A stretch of 64,000 bases of DNA, from NCBI GenBank assembly GCA_038873195.1, contig JAVZEV010000001.1, positions 150,490 through 214,489 of the forward strand, written 5' to 3'. The notes below the pieces were generated by a model. That model was given only the letters and a program-made list of their open reading frames with translations. It made no database searches and was not told the origin of the DNA. The position numbers and the translations under genes are program-made. Shown here one piece after another: positions 43,797 through 52,815 of the stretch (the first letter of the stretch is position 1; each line of letters starts with the position of its first letter). Source of the DNA: Candidatus Bathyarchaeia archaeon. GTDB lineage: Archaea; Thermoproteota; Bathyarchaeia; Bathyarchaeales; Bathycorpusculaceae.

Positions 43797-44208
43797 TTCT
43801 TAAAACAGAAGAAGAAAGAAGTGATGAGTGAAGCCTTCTCCTTTCCCGCTTAGGCTGAATATTCAGTAAATGCGTCTTTTTATAAAACCCTTGCTATACA
43901 CACAAGCATATATCATTTCTCAAAATATACCCTATTACACACTCATTTCAGCTTTGGAAACTTTGCTTTTAGGCAGTAACGCGAAAAGTATTGTGGGAAG
44001 GCTTAAGAAAATGTTCGAGGAAATTGCTGCAGACGCGGTCAAAATGTTAATGTTTCTCTTTTTCGTCACCTTAGCCTTTATAATAGTTTCAGGCGCTCTC
44101 TGGCTGCGTGCATCAAAAAACAACGCATAAACATTCACCCTACTAAATGTTAATGGCTAAAATAAAACAAGACTTTTCTGCGCCTAACTTCCATATTCTT
44201 AAGCGGTT

Positions 44209-45201
44209 TCACTTTTCAACTAAGTGACAAGCAACAAAGTGATTAGGCGAAACTTCAATCAATTCTGGCTCTTTTTCTCTGCACCTTTTTTCTTCATGTG
44301 GACAACGCGGATGAAAACGACATCCAGAAGGTATGTTTATCGCTGAGGGCACTTCACCTTTCAACGCGATTGGTCTTCGTTTTCTTTCCGGATTTGGAAC
44401 TGGTATAGCAGCAAGCAAAGCTTGGGTATAGAGGTGTAGAGGGTTGGAGAAAATCTCTTTTTTATCTCCCATCTCCACAATTTTTCCAAGGTACATTATC
44501 GCTATTCTGTCTGAAATATATTTAGCAATTGCCAAATCATGAGTTATAAAAAGGTAAGTAAGATTCAATTCCTTTCTTAACTCCAACATCAAATCGATAA
44601 TTGTTGTTCTCAAAGAAACGTCAATCATAGAAACCGGCTCGTCTGCAACTATAAATTCTGGGTCTAGAATTAAAGAGCGTGCTATTGCTGCTCGCTGTCT
44701 CTGTCCTCCACTTAACTGGTGCGGGTACAACTCAGCGAACTGCTCCGGTGGAGTAAGGTCAACGCGTTCAAGCATTTCTAAGACTTTTTTTCTTTTCTCT
44801 TGATGTTTTACTAAACCGTGAATCTCAAGTGGATGCCCCACTGCATCTCCGATTTTCATTCGAGGATTAAATGATGCATAAGGGTCTTGAAATATTATTT
44901 GCATTTTTCTCCTAAGTATCCTAAGTTTCTCTGGACTAAGCGTCGTGGTTTCTGTGTTGTTGAAGAAAATTTTTCCAGAAGTAGGCGGTATTAACCGTAC
45001 GACCAATTTGCCTGTTGTCGTTTTTCCGCAACCGCTCTCTCCAGCAAGAGTAAAAACTTCTCCTCTACGAATTGAAAAACTTACGTCATCAACCGCTTTA
45101 ACAAAACTTTTTGTGCGCGCTAAAAGTTTTTCAAGAAAGCTTTTCTCAACTGGAAAATACTTTTTGAGATGCTCAACTTTCAGAATATCACTGTGATTCA
45201 C
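44209..45201 (-). CDS. Oligopeptide/dipeptide ABC transporter ATP-binding protein (OppF/DppF-type)
   Basis: GESGCGKTT, LSGGQRQR, IVADEPVS. C-terminal Cys-containing oligopeptide-transporter extension. Confidence 0.9.
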   Translation of the reverse strand: MNHSDILKVEHLKKYFPVEKSFLEKLLARTKSFVKAVDDVSFSIRRGEVFTLAGESGCGKTTTGKLVVRLIPPTSGKIFFNNTETTTLSPEKLRILRRKMQIIFQDPYASFNPRMKIGDAVGHPLEIHGLVKHQEKRKKVLEMLERVDLTPPEQFAELYPHQLSGGQRQRAAIARSLILDPEFIVADEPVSMIDVSLRTTIIDLMLELRKELNLTYLFITHDLAIAKYISDRIAIMYLGKIVEMGDKKEIFSNPLHLYTQALLAAIPVPNPERKRRPIALKGEVPSAINIPSGCRFHPRCPHEEKRCREKEPELIEVSPNHFVACHLVEK

Positions 45202-46195
45202 GCTTTTTCACTCCTTCATAAGCATAACATCGAACGTAATGTTCAGCGTTGGTCTCTACGAGCGGAGGTTCTTGCGTGCGACATCTTTCTTTTGCGCGAT
45301 AACATCTTGGCCAGAAACGGCAGCCTTTTGGCAGATTAAGCATGTCAGGTGGAGAGCCAGCTATGGCTTCAAGTTTTTGTTCAGCGAGCTCAATATTTGG
45401 AATGGACTTTAAGAGTCCCTGTGTGTAGGGATGCTGCGGATTAGAGTAGATGTCTGCACTGCGGGCGTACTCAACCATGTGTCCAGCGTACATGACTAGG
45501 ATTTTGTCGCTTCTTTCTAAGACTAGGCTCAAATCATGTGTTATTATGATAAGAGTCAAGCCGTAAGCTCTTCGTAAAGCATCAAGAAGATCTAGAATTT
45601 TGGCTTGAACTATCACGTCAAGAGCAGTTGTCGGCTCATCAGCAATTATTAAGCTTGGATTAAGCGCCATTGCTAATGCTATCATTACTCGTTGTCTCAT
45701 TCCTCCACTGAGCTGATGAGGGTAATCGTTTATGCGTTCTGGTTGAATCCCAACATCTGCAAGAATTTTTTTTGTTCGTTCCAGTGCCTCTTTGCTGCTT
45801 ACTTTTGGCTCATGAGTTTGGATAAGTTCAACAAAATGGGCGCCGATTCTTTTAACTGGATTTAAAGAAGTCATGGGGTCTTGGAACACGTAGGAGATTT
45901 CTCTTCCTCTAAGGTTCCGCAACTCGTTCTTTTTAAGTTTCAAAATATCCTTGTCCCTAAGAATTATTTGCCCTTTAGTTATTCTACCTGGATAGGGAAC
46001 CAGCAAGCCCAAAGACAAACCTAACGTGGATTTTCCACACCCTGACTCACCTACCACGCCTAGTGTTTCCGCTTTTCCTACCGAAAAAGAAACATCTTCT
46101 ACAGCGCGTATTTTTCCACGCTTAGCCCAGTATTCCACGGCTAGTGCGTCCACGTTCAACAATTTCTGAGCCACCGTTCTCACCCTAATCTTCAA
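45188..46195 (-). CDS. Oligopeptide/dipeptide ABC transporter ATP-binding protein (OppD/DppD-type)
   Basis: GESGCGKST, LSGGMRQR, IIADEPTT. Confidence 0.9.
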   Translation of the reverse strand: MKIRVRTVAQKLLNVDALAVEYWAKRGKIRAVEDVSFSVGKAETLGVVGESGCGKSTLGLSLGLLVPYPGRITKGQIILRDKDILKLKKNELRNLRGREISYVFQDPMTSLNPVKRIGAHFVELIQTHEPKVSSKEALERTKKILADVGIQPERINDYPHQLSGGMRQRVMIALAMALNPSLIIADEPTTALDVIVQAKILDLLDALRRAYGLTLIIITHDLSLVLERSDKILVMYAGHMVEYARSADIYSNPQHPYTQGLLKSIPNIELAEQKLEAIAGSPPDMLNLPKGCRFWPRCYRAKERCRTQEPPLVETNAEHYVRCYAYEGVKKRESQ

Positions 46196-47069
46196 GTCTC
46201 GGGTTCAAAAGCTCACTCAGTCCTTCTCCCATGAACGTGAAGCCTAAAGCCAAAAGGATTATCATTAAACCTGGAAATGTTATCACCCACCATGCACCGC
46301 TATTCAGAAGTCTTCGTCCGTTTGTTAAGTCCCATCCCCAGTCTGGAACATCTACGGAAACGCCTAAACCTATGAAGGTTAATCCAGCAGCCGTTAGGAT
46401 GGCATCTGCAAAATTTACTGTCAAAATCACAATTATGGATGGAACAACATTTGGAAGAATGTAACGGAACAATATCGTGCCACTTTTTGCCCCAGCCGCC
46501 TTTGCTGCTTCCACATAAGGCATTTCTTTTATACTGAGCACTTGACTTCGAATAACTCTGAAATAAGAGGGAACATAAACCACGGCTATTGAAAGAGCCA
46601 TGTTAACGACGCCCTTTCCCAGCATCGCCGCTATCGCAATGGCTAAAACCAAGCTTGGAAACGCATAGACACTATCCATTACAAGGCAGAAGACACGGTC
46701 TGTTATGCCTCCAACGTACGACGAAAACAGACCGAGCGGAGCCCCAGCCGCCAAACAGATAATTACTGAGAACACAGCAACTTGAAGCATTATTCCACCA
46801 CCTGAAATGACTCTGCTGAACATGTCTCCTCCCATATCGGTAGTTCCAAAAGGAAACTGCGAACTAGGCGGAGACAAAGGTGGACCAACCTCAATAGCAG
46901 AAGGATCATGAGGCCTTATCCAAGGAGCAATTAGAGTCATTACAATGATAGATGTAACTATGATTGCACCAAAAAGCACAAGCCACCCAGCTAAGCCCCT
47001 CTTAGTTAGTGAGGTTAAGCCTGGAATTACTCTTGAAAGCATGCTTTTCTTAATATTGGGCTTTTCCAT
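46185..47069 (-). CDS. Peptide ABC transporter permease (OppC/DppC-type)
   Basis: BPD-type inner-membrane component. EAAKAAGA EAA loop. Confidence 0.9.
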   Translation of the reverse strand: MEKPNIKKSMLSRVIPGLTSLTKRGLAGWLVLFGAIIVTSIIVMTLIAPWIRPHDPSAIEVGPPLSPPSSQFPFGTTDMGGDMFSRVISGGGIMLQVAVFSVIICLAAGAPLGLFSSYVGGITDRVFCLVMDSVYAFPSLVLAIAIAAMLGKGVVNMALSIAVVYVPSYFRVIRSQVLSIKEMPYVEAAKAAGAKSGTILFRYILPNVVPSIIVILTVNFADAILTAAGLTFIGLGVSVDVPDWGWDLTNGRRLLNSGAWWVITFPGLMIILLALGFTFMGEGLSELLNPRLED

Positions 47070-47079
47070 TCATGGTACC

Positions 47080-48117
47080 TCAAAGGCGTATTCGAGGGTC
47101 AAGATAAGCATAAAGCAAATCAACAACTAAACTAACTATAGAGACGAAAATTCCGAAAACAACAACTGCGCCTTGAATGGCTGTGTAATCGCGAAAGTTT
47201 ATTCGGTCAACGATGTACCTGCCAAGTCCAGGCCAAGAGAAAGTGGTTTCTGTTAATATTGCTCCGCCGAGGAGCGTTGCAAACTGCAGTCCCATCATGG
47301 TTAGCACGGGAAGAAAAGCATTTCTTAAAGCATAGCCGTAGGTTACGACCCTTTCTTTTAGTCCTCTTGCTCTCGCGGCAGTTACAAAGTCAAGCCGCAA
47401 AGTTTCCAGCATGTTACTTCTCGTCAACCTAATGAAAACCCCTGAAAGAACCAAACCCAGGGTTAATGAAGGCAGAAAAAGATAGCGAAGGCTTTCTACA
47501 AACTTGTAAATGTTTCCCTCTAAAAGACTGTCAATAGTGTATAAACCCGTGGAAAATTGAGCACCGCCTATGTTTAATCCAACAGGGGCGTCCATTGCAG
47601 GGCTTTTTCTTAAGCCGACTGGCAACAAATGTAATCCTACTCCAAGAGTGAGTTGGAAAATCATGCCCAAAAAGAAAACTGGAATAGCATAAGTTACTAT
47701 TCCAAAAATGCGAATGGCGTGGTCCGTAGGTTTATTGTAGGCTTTTGCTGCTTCGACGCCAAAAAAGATGCCTATTAAGACTGCGATTATCATGGAAAAA
47801 ATTGCCAATTCCAGAGTTGCAGGAAACGCTGAGAAAATTTGTTGCGCTACAGGTTCAAATCCCGGCGCCATGGATTTGCCTAAATCTCCCCTGAAAAGTC
47901 CTGAGATATAATCCAAATATTGAATCCAAAGCGGCTTGTCAAGACCCAGTTCACGTCGCATTTCTTCCATGGCTTCGGGATTTTCTGCTTTCTCAAAGTG
48001 AAGCAAAACTGGGTCGCCCGGCAAGACTCTTACGATAATAAATACCATCGTTAATAGTATGAAGATCATGGGAATTGTTAGTAAGATTCGTGAAATTATG
48101 TACGTGCGCAGTGTCAT
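47080..48117 (-). CDS. Peptide ABC transporter permease (OppB/DppB-type)
   Basis: MTLRTYIISRILLTIP N-terminus, TAARARGLKE EAA loop. Confidence 0.9.
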   Translation of the reverse strand: MTLRTYIISRILLTIPMIFILLTMVFIIVRVLPGDPVLLHFEKAENPEAMEEMRRELGLDKPLWIQYLDYISGLFRGDLGKSMAPGFEPVAQQIFSAFPATLELAIFSMIIAVLIGIFFGVEAAKAYNKPTDHAIRIFGIVTYAIPVFFLGMIFQLTLGVGLHLLPVGLRKSPAMDAPVGLNIGGAQFSTGLYTIDSLLEGNIYKFVESLRYLFLPSLTLGLVLSGVFIRLTRSNMLETLRLDFVTAARARGLKERVVTYGYALRNAFLPVLTMMGLQFATLLGGAILTETTFSWPGLGRYIVDRINFRDYTAIQGAVVVFGIFVSIVSLVVDLLYAYLDPRIRL

Positions 48118-48173
48118 TTTTTATCCTGCCGTCTCTTTGAGATAAATAAAAAGAAAGGGGAATTAAACTTTGT

Positions 48174-49811
48174 TTATTCTTCCGCGTAAACCATCCAGTG
48201 GCGCCAAGACTGTGTTATGTCAAGATAAATTCCTTTAACGTTAGTTTTTGTTACTGCGTAAGCCGAGCCTTGATAGAGTGGAATTAGTGGGCAGTCCTCT
48301 ACCAGCAAGTCTTGGATATCCTCATACAAAGCGCTTCGTACACTTGTTGTTGTGTTGCCTCTTGCCCACGCTATTAACTCGTCCATCTGGGTGCTGTTAT
48401 AGTTATGGTGGAGCCATGATCCGCCTGAGGAATGAACGAATGGGTAAATGTAGTCGTCTGGGTCAATGTAGTCTGGATACCAGCCTAAAATGAAGGCTTC
48501 CATTTCTTCGTTCCGCCGTTTCTCTCTGTACGAAGCCCAGTCTGCGCTGTCAAGTGTTACGCTTATTACTCCACTGGCTTCTAATGAGGCTTTTAATGCT
48601 TGGGCTTGTTGTGGACTTTGCGGGTAATGTCCTGAACTTTCGTACCACAACTTGAATGATAGTTTGTTGGTTTCGTTGTATCCGAATTCGCTGAGAAGGT
48701 CTCTGGTTAGCGTATAGTTTGGATCGCCGAGTGTTTGGAAGGCATTGGTGTGGCTGAACATGCCTATTGGTATCATGCTGTAAAGTTTCTGTGCTTGCCC
48801 GAGAAATACTGTTTGAACTATTGTTGTTCTGTTTATTGCGGCTCCTATGGCACGTCTTATTTTTGTTTCGTTGAAGGGTGCATATTTCTCTTGTAGAACA
48901 AGATATTGGATGAAAGCTCCTGTGCCTTCCCAAACTTTCAAGTTGGTGTTGGCTTTCATGGAGTTTATGTCTGTTGCGGAAAGCTGTCTAAAGGCTATGT
49001 CGATTTCTAACGCGTTCATTGCTGTTGCGAGTGCCGTGGCGTCGGCGTACATTTTTATTATGATGTTTTTGGTTTTTGGATAGCCTCCTGTTGCGTTCCA
49101 ATAGTTGGGATTGGCTTCTAAACGAATCTCGCTATCTTTGCCTGCCACTCTGGTCCAGCTTTTGAGTTTGTAAGGACCAAGACCCATTGGGTGGCTAGCT
49201 CGTGGGTTGCCTTCCACATATTCTACAACGGAGTTCATGGGTGCATAGGTTGGGTCAACTATGTATGATGCTTGGCAAGCCATAAGCGATAGGAAAGCGG
49301 CAAATGGAATCTTAAGGTAGAATTTCACAACGTACTTGCTTACTACAGTAACGTTTTCTATGATGTCGCTGTAGCCTATGCCTACGAAGGGTCCGTCTTC
49401 GTCTGCGATGCCCATTCCTCTGTCAAAAGTGTATTTAACGTGGGTTGCGTTGAACTCTGTTCCATCGTCGTACTTAACTCCTTCACGAAGGTTAAAGGTC
49501 CAAACTAAGCCGTCAGATGACACGTCCCATGAAGTGGCTAGTGATGGAACAATATCTGCTGCGCTACCTGTTGCTCCAGCTCGGTATTCCACTAATCCAC
49601 AGCCTAAAGACTGTATTATTTCCCAACCGAAAAAGTCGTATGCTCTTGCAGGGTCTAAGCATGATTCCACGGAGTCTGTCGTTCCCATTATTAATGTGTC
49701 TTTCAAACGAGTTTTCGGCATTGTTAGGTAGTAACCAGCAACTCCGGCAATTACGATTATAACGATGACGATGCCTATGATTACCATTTTGCCAATGGCT
49801 TTTTCTCTCAT
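48174..49811 (-). CDS. ABC transporter substrate-binding protein, family 5 (peptide/nickel)
   Basis: 545 aa. N-terminal membrane anchor, then the family-5 SBP pattern (LATSWDVSSDGLVWTFNLREGVKYDDG). Confidence 0.85.
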   Translation of the reverse strand: MREKAIGKMVIIGIVIVIIVIAGVAGYYLTMPKTRLKDTLIMGTTDSVESCLDPARAYDFFGWEIIQSLGCGLVEYRAGATGSAADIVPSLATSWDVSSDGLVWTFNLREGVKYDDGTEFNATHVKYTFDRGMGIADEDGPFVGIGYSDIIENVTVVSKYVVKFYLKIPFAAFLSLMACQASYIVDPTYAPMNSVVEYVEGNPRASHPMGLGPYKLKSWTRVAGKDSEIRLEANPNYWNATGGYPKTKNIIIKMYADATALATAMNALEIDIAFRQLSATDINSMKANTNLKVWEGTGAFIQYLVLQEKYAPFNETKIRRAIGAAINRTTIVQTVFLGQAQKLYSMIPIGMFSHTNAFQTLGDPNYTLTRDLLSEFGYNETNKLSFKLWYESSGHYPQSPQQAQALKASLEASGVISVTLDSADWASYREKRRNEEMEAFILGWYPDYIDPDDYIYPFVHSSGGSWLHHNYNSTQMDELIAWARGNTTTSVRSALYEDIQDLLVEDCPLIPLYQGSAYAVTKTNVKGIYLDITQSWRHWMVYAEE

Positions 49812-49967
49812 AATTTCACCGCAGATATATAGGTCAATTCGATGAGTATATAAGATTTTAACCCAACAATGCTGCTGTAAGAGTTAACGGTAACAATAAT
49901 AAAGGTTTACAAGCTTCACAGACTACGAAATGCATAAATCTTTTTATTCGCATCTTAAAATTTCGGT

Positions 49968-50120
49968 CGGGCGGTAGCTCAGCTTGGTAGAGCTTCCGAG
50001 CCTGCTAACACGCTTAGCAGACGGAGACGCTGTAGACGCCTACCCACGGTGGGTGTTACCCAGCCTATCAAGCGCACAGAAACCGGAGTGTCGCAGGTTC
50101 AAATCCCGCCCGCCCGACCA
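49968..50120 (+). tRNA. tRNA-Tyr (anticodon GUA) with two putative introns (49999-50028 and 50036-50081) and a genome-encoded CCA
   Basis: Hand-folded. C1-G72 acceptor CGGGCGG/CCGCCCG with A73. D arm GCTC-AGCTTGGTA-GAGC. After removing the 30-nt and 46-nt insertions the anticodon arm is TCCGG-CTGTAGA-CCGGA. T arm GCAGG-TTCAAAT-CCCGC. Confidence 0.8.
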
Positions 50121-50253
50121 AGCCCCTTTTACTGAAATAAGGCTACATTGAATTTATTTTGGTAAGACGGTTTAACATCGCCTTTCTCTATTATCGATAA
50201 GTCCTAGAAAGGCAACATTTACTTTAAGGTTTTAAAATCTCGTCTCATATTGC

Positions 50254-52203
50254 CTAGAGTTTTACCTTCATTAAACGCAAAGTATTAAGAAGCAAGAACA
50301 TAGTTACTCCATCATCGCCAGATGCGACAGTAAACCATAAAGGAATAAAACCCATCAATCCTAATCCGCCCAAGAGTATCTTAACAATTAGTGATGCAGC
50401 TATGTTCTGCTTTGCAATTTCAACAGTCTTGCCGCTTAATTTGATCAAGTAGGGTATCTGAGCCAATTCATCCTTAACTAGCACAACATCTGCCGACTCC
50501 AGCGCAACATCCACGCCTGCGCCACCCATTGCAATACCTACATCTGAAGCCGCTAGGGCTGGAGCGTCGTTGACACCATCTCCAACCATTGCTACCAAGC
50601 CGTTGTTATTCTTCATTTCTTCAACGATTTTCAATTTGTCCTCTGGAAAGAGTTCTGCATGCACTTTGTCAACGCCCAGTTTTTCAGCGATTTCTTTTGC
50701 AATTTCAGTTTTGTCGCCTGTTAGCACTGCAGTTTTGATTCCAGCTTTTCTTAAAGTCTTAATGGCTTCAATCGCGTCTTTTCTAACATCGTCAAACATA
50801 CAGACAGAAGCGATTCCTGACTTGTCGATTGAAACACACACAGATGTGTGCTTCTCGTTGGCGTAGATTCCTTCTATTTGTTCACAGTTGCATGCGTATT
50901 CTTTCATCAGTTCCATATTGCCTACGGCGACATGAGTGCCATTGACATACCCTACTATCCCCTTGCCGGGAATTTCTGTCACATCGGTGACTTTGAGCTT
51001 AGTGATGTCTAAGTTTCTCTCGGATGCTTTCTTTACAATAGCTTGCGCGACAGGGTGGTTTGAAAACTGGTCCAATGCAGCTGCGTACATCAAAGCCTGC
51101 TCACCATAGTTCTCCACAGATTTAACTTCATGAACTGCAGGCTTGCCTAAAGTAAGCGTGCCGGTTTTGTCGAATATGACAGTCTTGATTCTAGCCAGTT
51201 TTTCAACATAGATGCCACCCTTAATGATGACACCTTTTCTGGCAGCAACCGTTATTGCGGTAAATATTGTCGCTGGGACAGGTACTATGAATGCGCTCGG
51301 GCAAGAAACCACCAGAAGTATCAAAGAGCGGTATAGCCACGTTTGGAAAGGTCCGCCGAGAATTCTGGGCATGACTGTTGCTATGAGTACGGCGAGCACT
51401 ATAATAATGGGCACGTAAACTTTGGCAAATCTGTCAACTAACTTTTCAATAGACGCTTTTCTCTTTCTGGATTCTATAACAAGCTTCACGATTCTGGAAA
51501 CAAGAGTATCCTCGGCCCTTTTGCTGACAGTCACTTTAAGGACACCGCTTGTGCACAATGTACCCGCGTACACGGGGTCGCCTATCTTTTTTATTATAGG
51601 CAGTGATTCTCCTGTTACTAGGGACTGGTCTACATGTGAAAAGCCTTCAACAATTGTCCCGTCTAAGGGAATTCTCTCACCAGGCTTTACCAGTATAGTC
51701 GTGCCTGGCAAAACTTCTCTAACACTTATGTTCTTTTCAGTGCCATCAATTATCACCCTCGCTTCATCAAGCATAAACTTTGACAACTTCTCAACTGTCT
51801 TGCGAGCTCTGTCTTCAATATAACCTTCGAAATACTCTGCCAATGAGTAGAGAAACAGCACCGAGGCTGCTTCAAAAAGAAAATCCAAATACGCTGCGCC
51901 TAAACCAGCCACCGCCATGAGGAATTCTACTGAGAATCTTTTCTCGATTACGAGTTCTCTTATTCCGATAAATCCAATGTATATTCCTGCTGCAATTACG
52001 GAAACATGATATATGATTAGGGAGAGGGTCGCAGTCTCGTTAAGAATTGGTATGACAAAGCCTAGCGGGATTCCTTGAGCAAATAAATCTAACAAACCAC
52101 CAACAACAATGGTTGAGCCTAACGCCAGAGCGAGCAAAATCCATGTTCTTTTGTTTCTGCTCTCTTCAAATTCTTTAAGCTCGCCTCCTACATTTCTTTT
52201 CAT
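50254..52203 (-). CDS. Heavy-metal translocating P1B-type ATPase without an N-terminal HMA domain. The TM6 motif is CPS.
   Basis: TGES, VSCPSAF in place of the usual CPC, DKTGTLT, SNHPVAQAI, GDGVNDAPAL. Confidence 0.9.
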   Translation of the reverse strand: MKRNVGGELKEFEESRNKRTWILLALALGSTIVVGGLLDLFAQGIPLGFVIPILNETATLSLIIYHVSVIAAGIYIGFIGIRELVIEKRFSVEFLMAVAGLGAAYLDFLFEAASVLFLYSLAEYFEGYIEDRARKTVEKLSKFMLDEARVIIDGTEKNISVREVLPGTTILVKPGERIPLDGTIVEGFSHVDQSLVTGESLPIIKKIGDPVYAGTLCTSGVLKVTVSKRAEDTLVSRIVKLVIESRKRKASIEKLVDRFAKVYVPIIIVLAVLIATVMPRILGGPFQTWLYRSLILLVVSCPSAFIVPVPATIFTAITVAARKGVIIKGGIYVEKLARIKTVIFDKTGTLTLGKPAVHEVKSVENYGEQALMYAAALDQFSNHPVAQAIVKKASERNLDITKLKVTDVTEIPGKGIVGYVNGTHVAVGNMELMKEYACNCEQIEGIYANEKHTSVCVSIDKSGIASVCMFDDVRKDAIEAIKTLRKAGIKTAVLTGDKTEIAKEIAEKLGVDKVHAELFPEDKLKIVEEMKNNNGLVAMVGDGVNDAPALAASDVGIAMGGAGVDVALESADVVLVKDELAQIPYLIKLSGKTVEIAKQNIAASLIVKILLGGLGLMGFIPLWFTVASGDDGVTMFLLLNTLRLMKVKL

Positions 52204-52271
52204 ATTGTTTCATGTATGTGTAAAAACCATCGAATTCTATATTAAGATAGTGCTAGATTTTTTGGTAAAAA

Positions 52272-52312
52272 TATTAATATATTAATAGCAATATGTTAGA
52301 ATGTTAATAGCA
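52272..52312. promoter_or_regulatory. Perfect 16-bp palindrome TATTAATATATTAATA (52272-52287) plus direct repeat TTAATAGCA (52282-52290 and 52304-52312) in the nikR/ATPase divergent region
   Basis: Read directly. AT-rich, so it could be partly a promoter element and partly an operator. Confidence 0.3.
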
Positions 52313-52331
52313 GCGTGGATTGGTTTGAAAA

Positions 52332-52730
52332 ATGACCGTGATAAGCATAACCTTGCCGGCGGAACTTCTCAGCAAATTTGATGATTTCATTAAAGCAAGG
52401 GGATATTACAGCAGGTCAGAGGCTTTTCGAGATGCCATAAGAAGTCTTATCACCGAATCTGAGCTTGCCAAACTCGAAACTGGAAACGTAGCTGCAACCG
52501 TAATGACAACATGTGATTATGCAAGGAAAGATGTTGATCTAAAAATGACCGAAATAAGACATGAGTTTGATGATGTTGTAATAGAAAACGTCCATAGGCA
52601 CATAGGCGAGAGATACTGCTTAGAAATTTTCATTGCTCAGGGAAATAACGACCGAATATTGAATCTTATCAATAGACTTAGAGGAATGCATGGAATTCAA
52701 CAAGTCCGCGCCATGTTCATGCCACTCTAA
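52332..52730 (+). CDS. nikR: Nickel-responsive regulator NikR
   Basis: RHH N-terminus ISITLPAELLSKFDDFIKARGYYSRSEAFRDAIR. C-terminal VHRHIGERYCLEIF matches the H-x-H-x5-C-LEI nickel site of E. coli NikR. Confidence 0.9.
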   Translation: MTVISITLPAELLSKFDDFIKARGYYSRSEAFRDAIRSLITESELAKLETGNVAATVMTTCDYARKDVDLKMTEIRHEFDDVVIENVHRHIGERYCLEIFIAQGNNDRILNLINRLRGMHGIQQVRAMFMPL

Positions 52731-52815
52731 ACTGGGATTGAGAGCATAGTCCGGATATGCAAGGAATTTGAACGCGGTTGTAAAGCTATTACGCCAGACT
52801 CACTTAAGAATATTG

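Noticed and set aside
43821-43858. A C/D-box-like pair, GTGATGA ... CTGA, downstream of the surface-protein gene.
   Set aside because: Only one C and one D box, 27 nt apart. There are no C'/D' boxes and no terminal stem. It is too short and is expected by chance.
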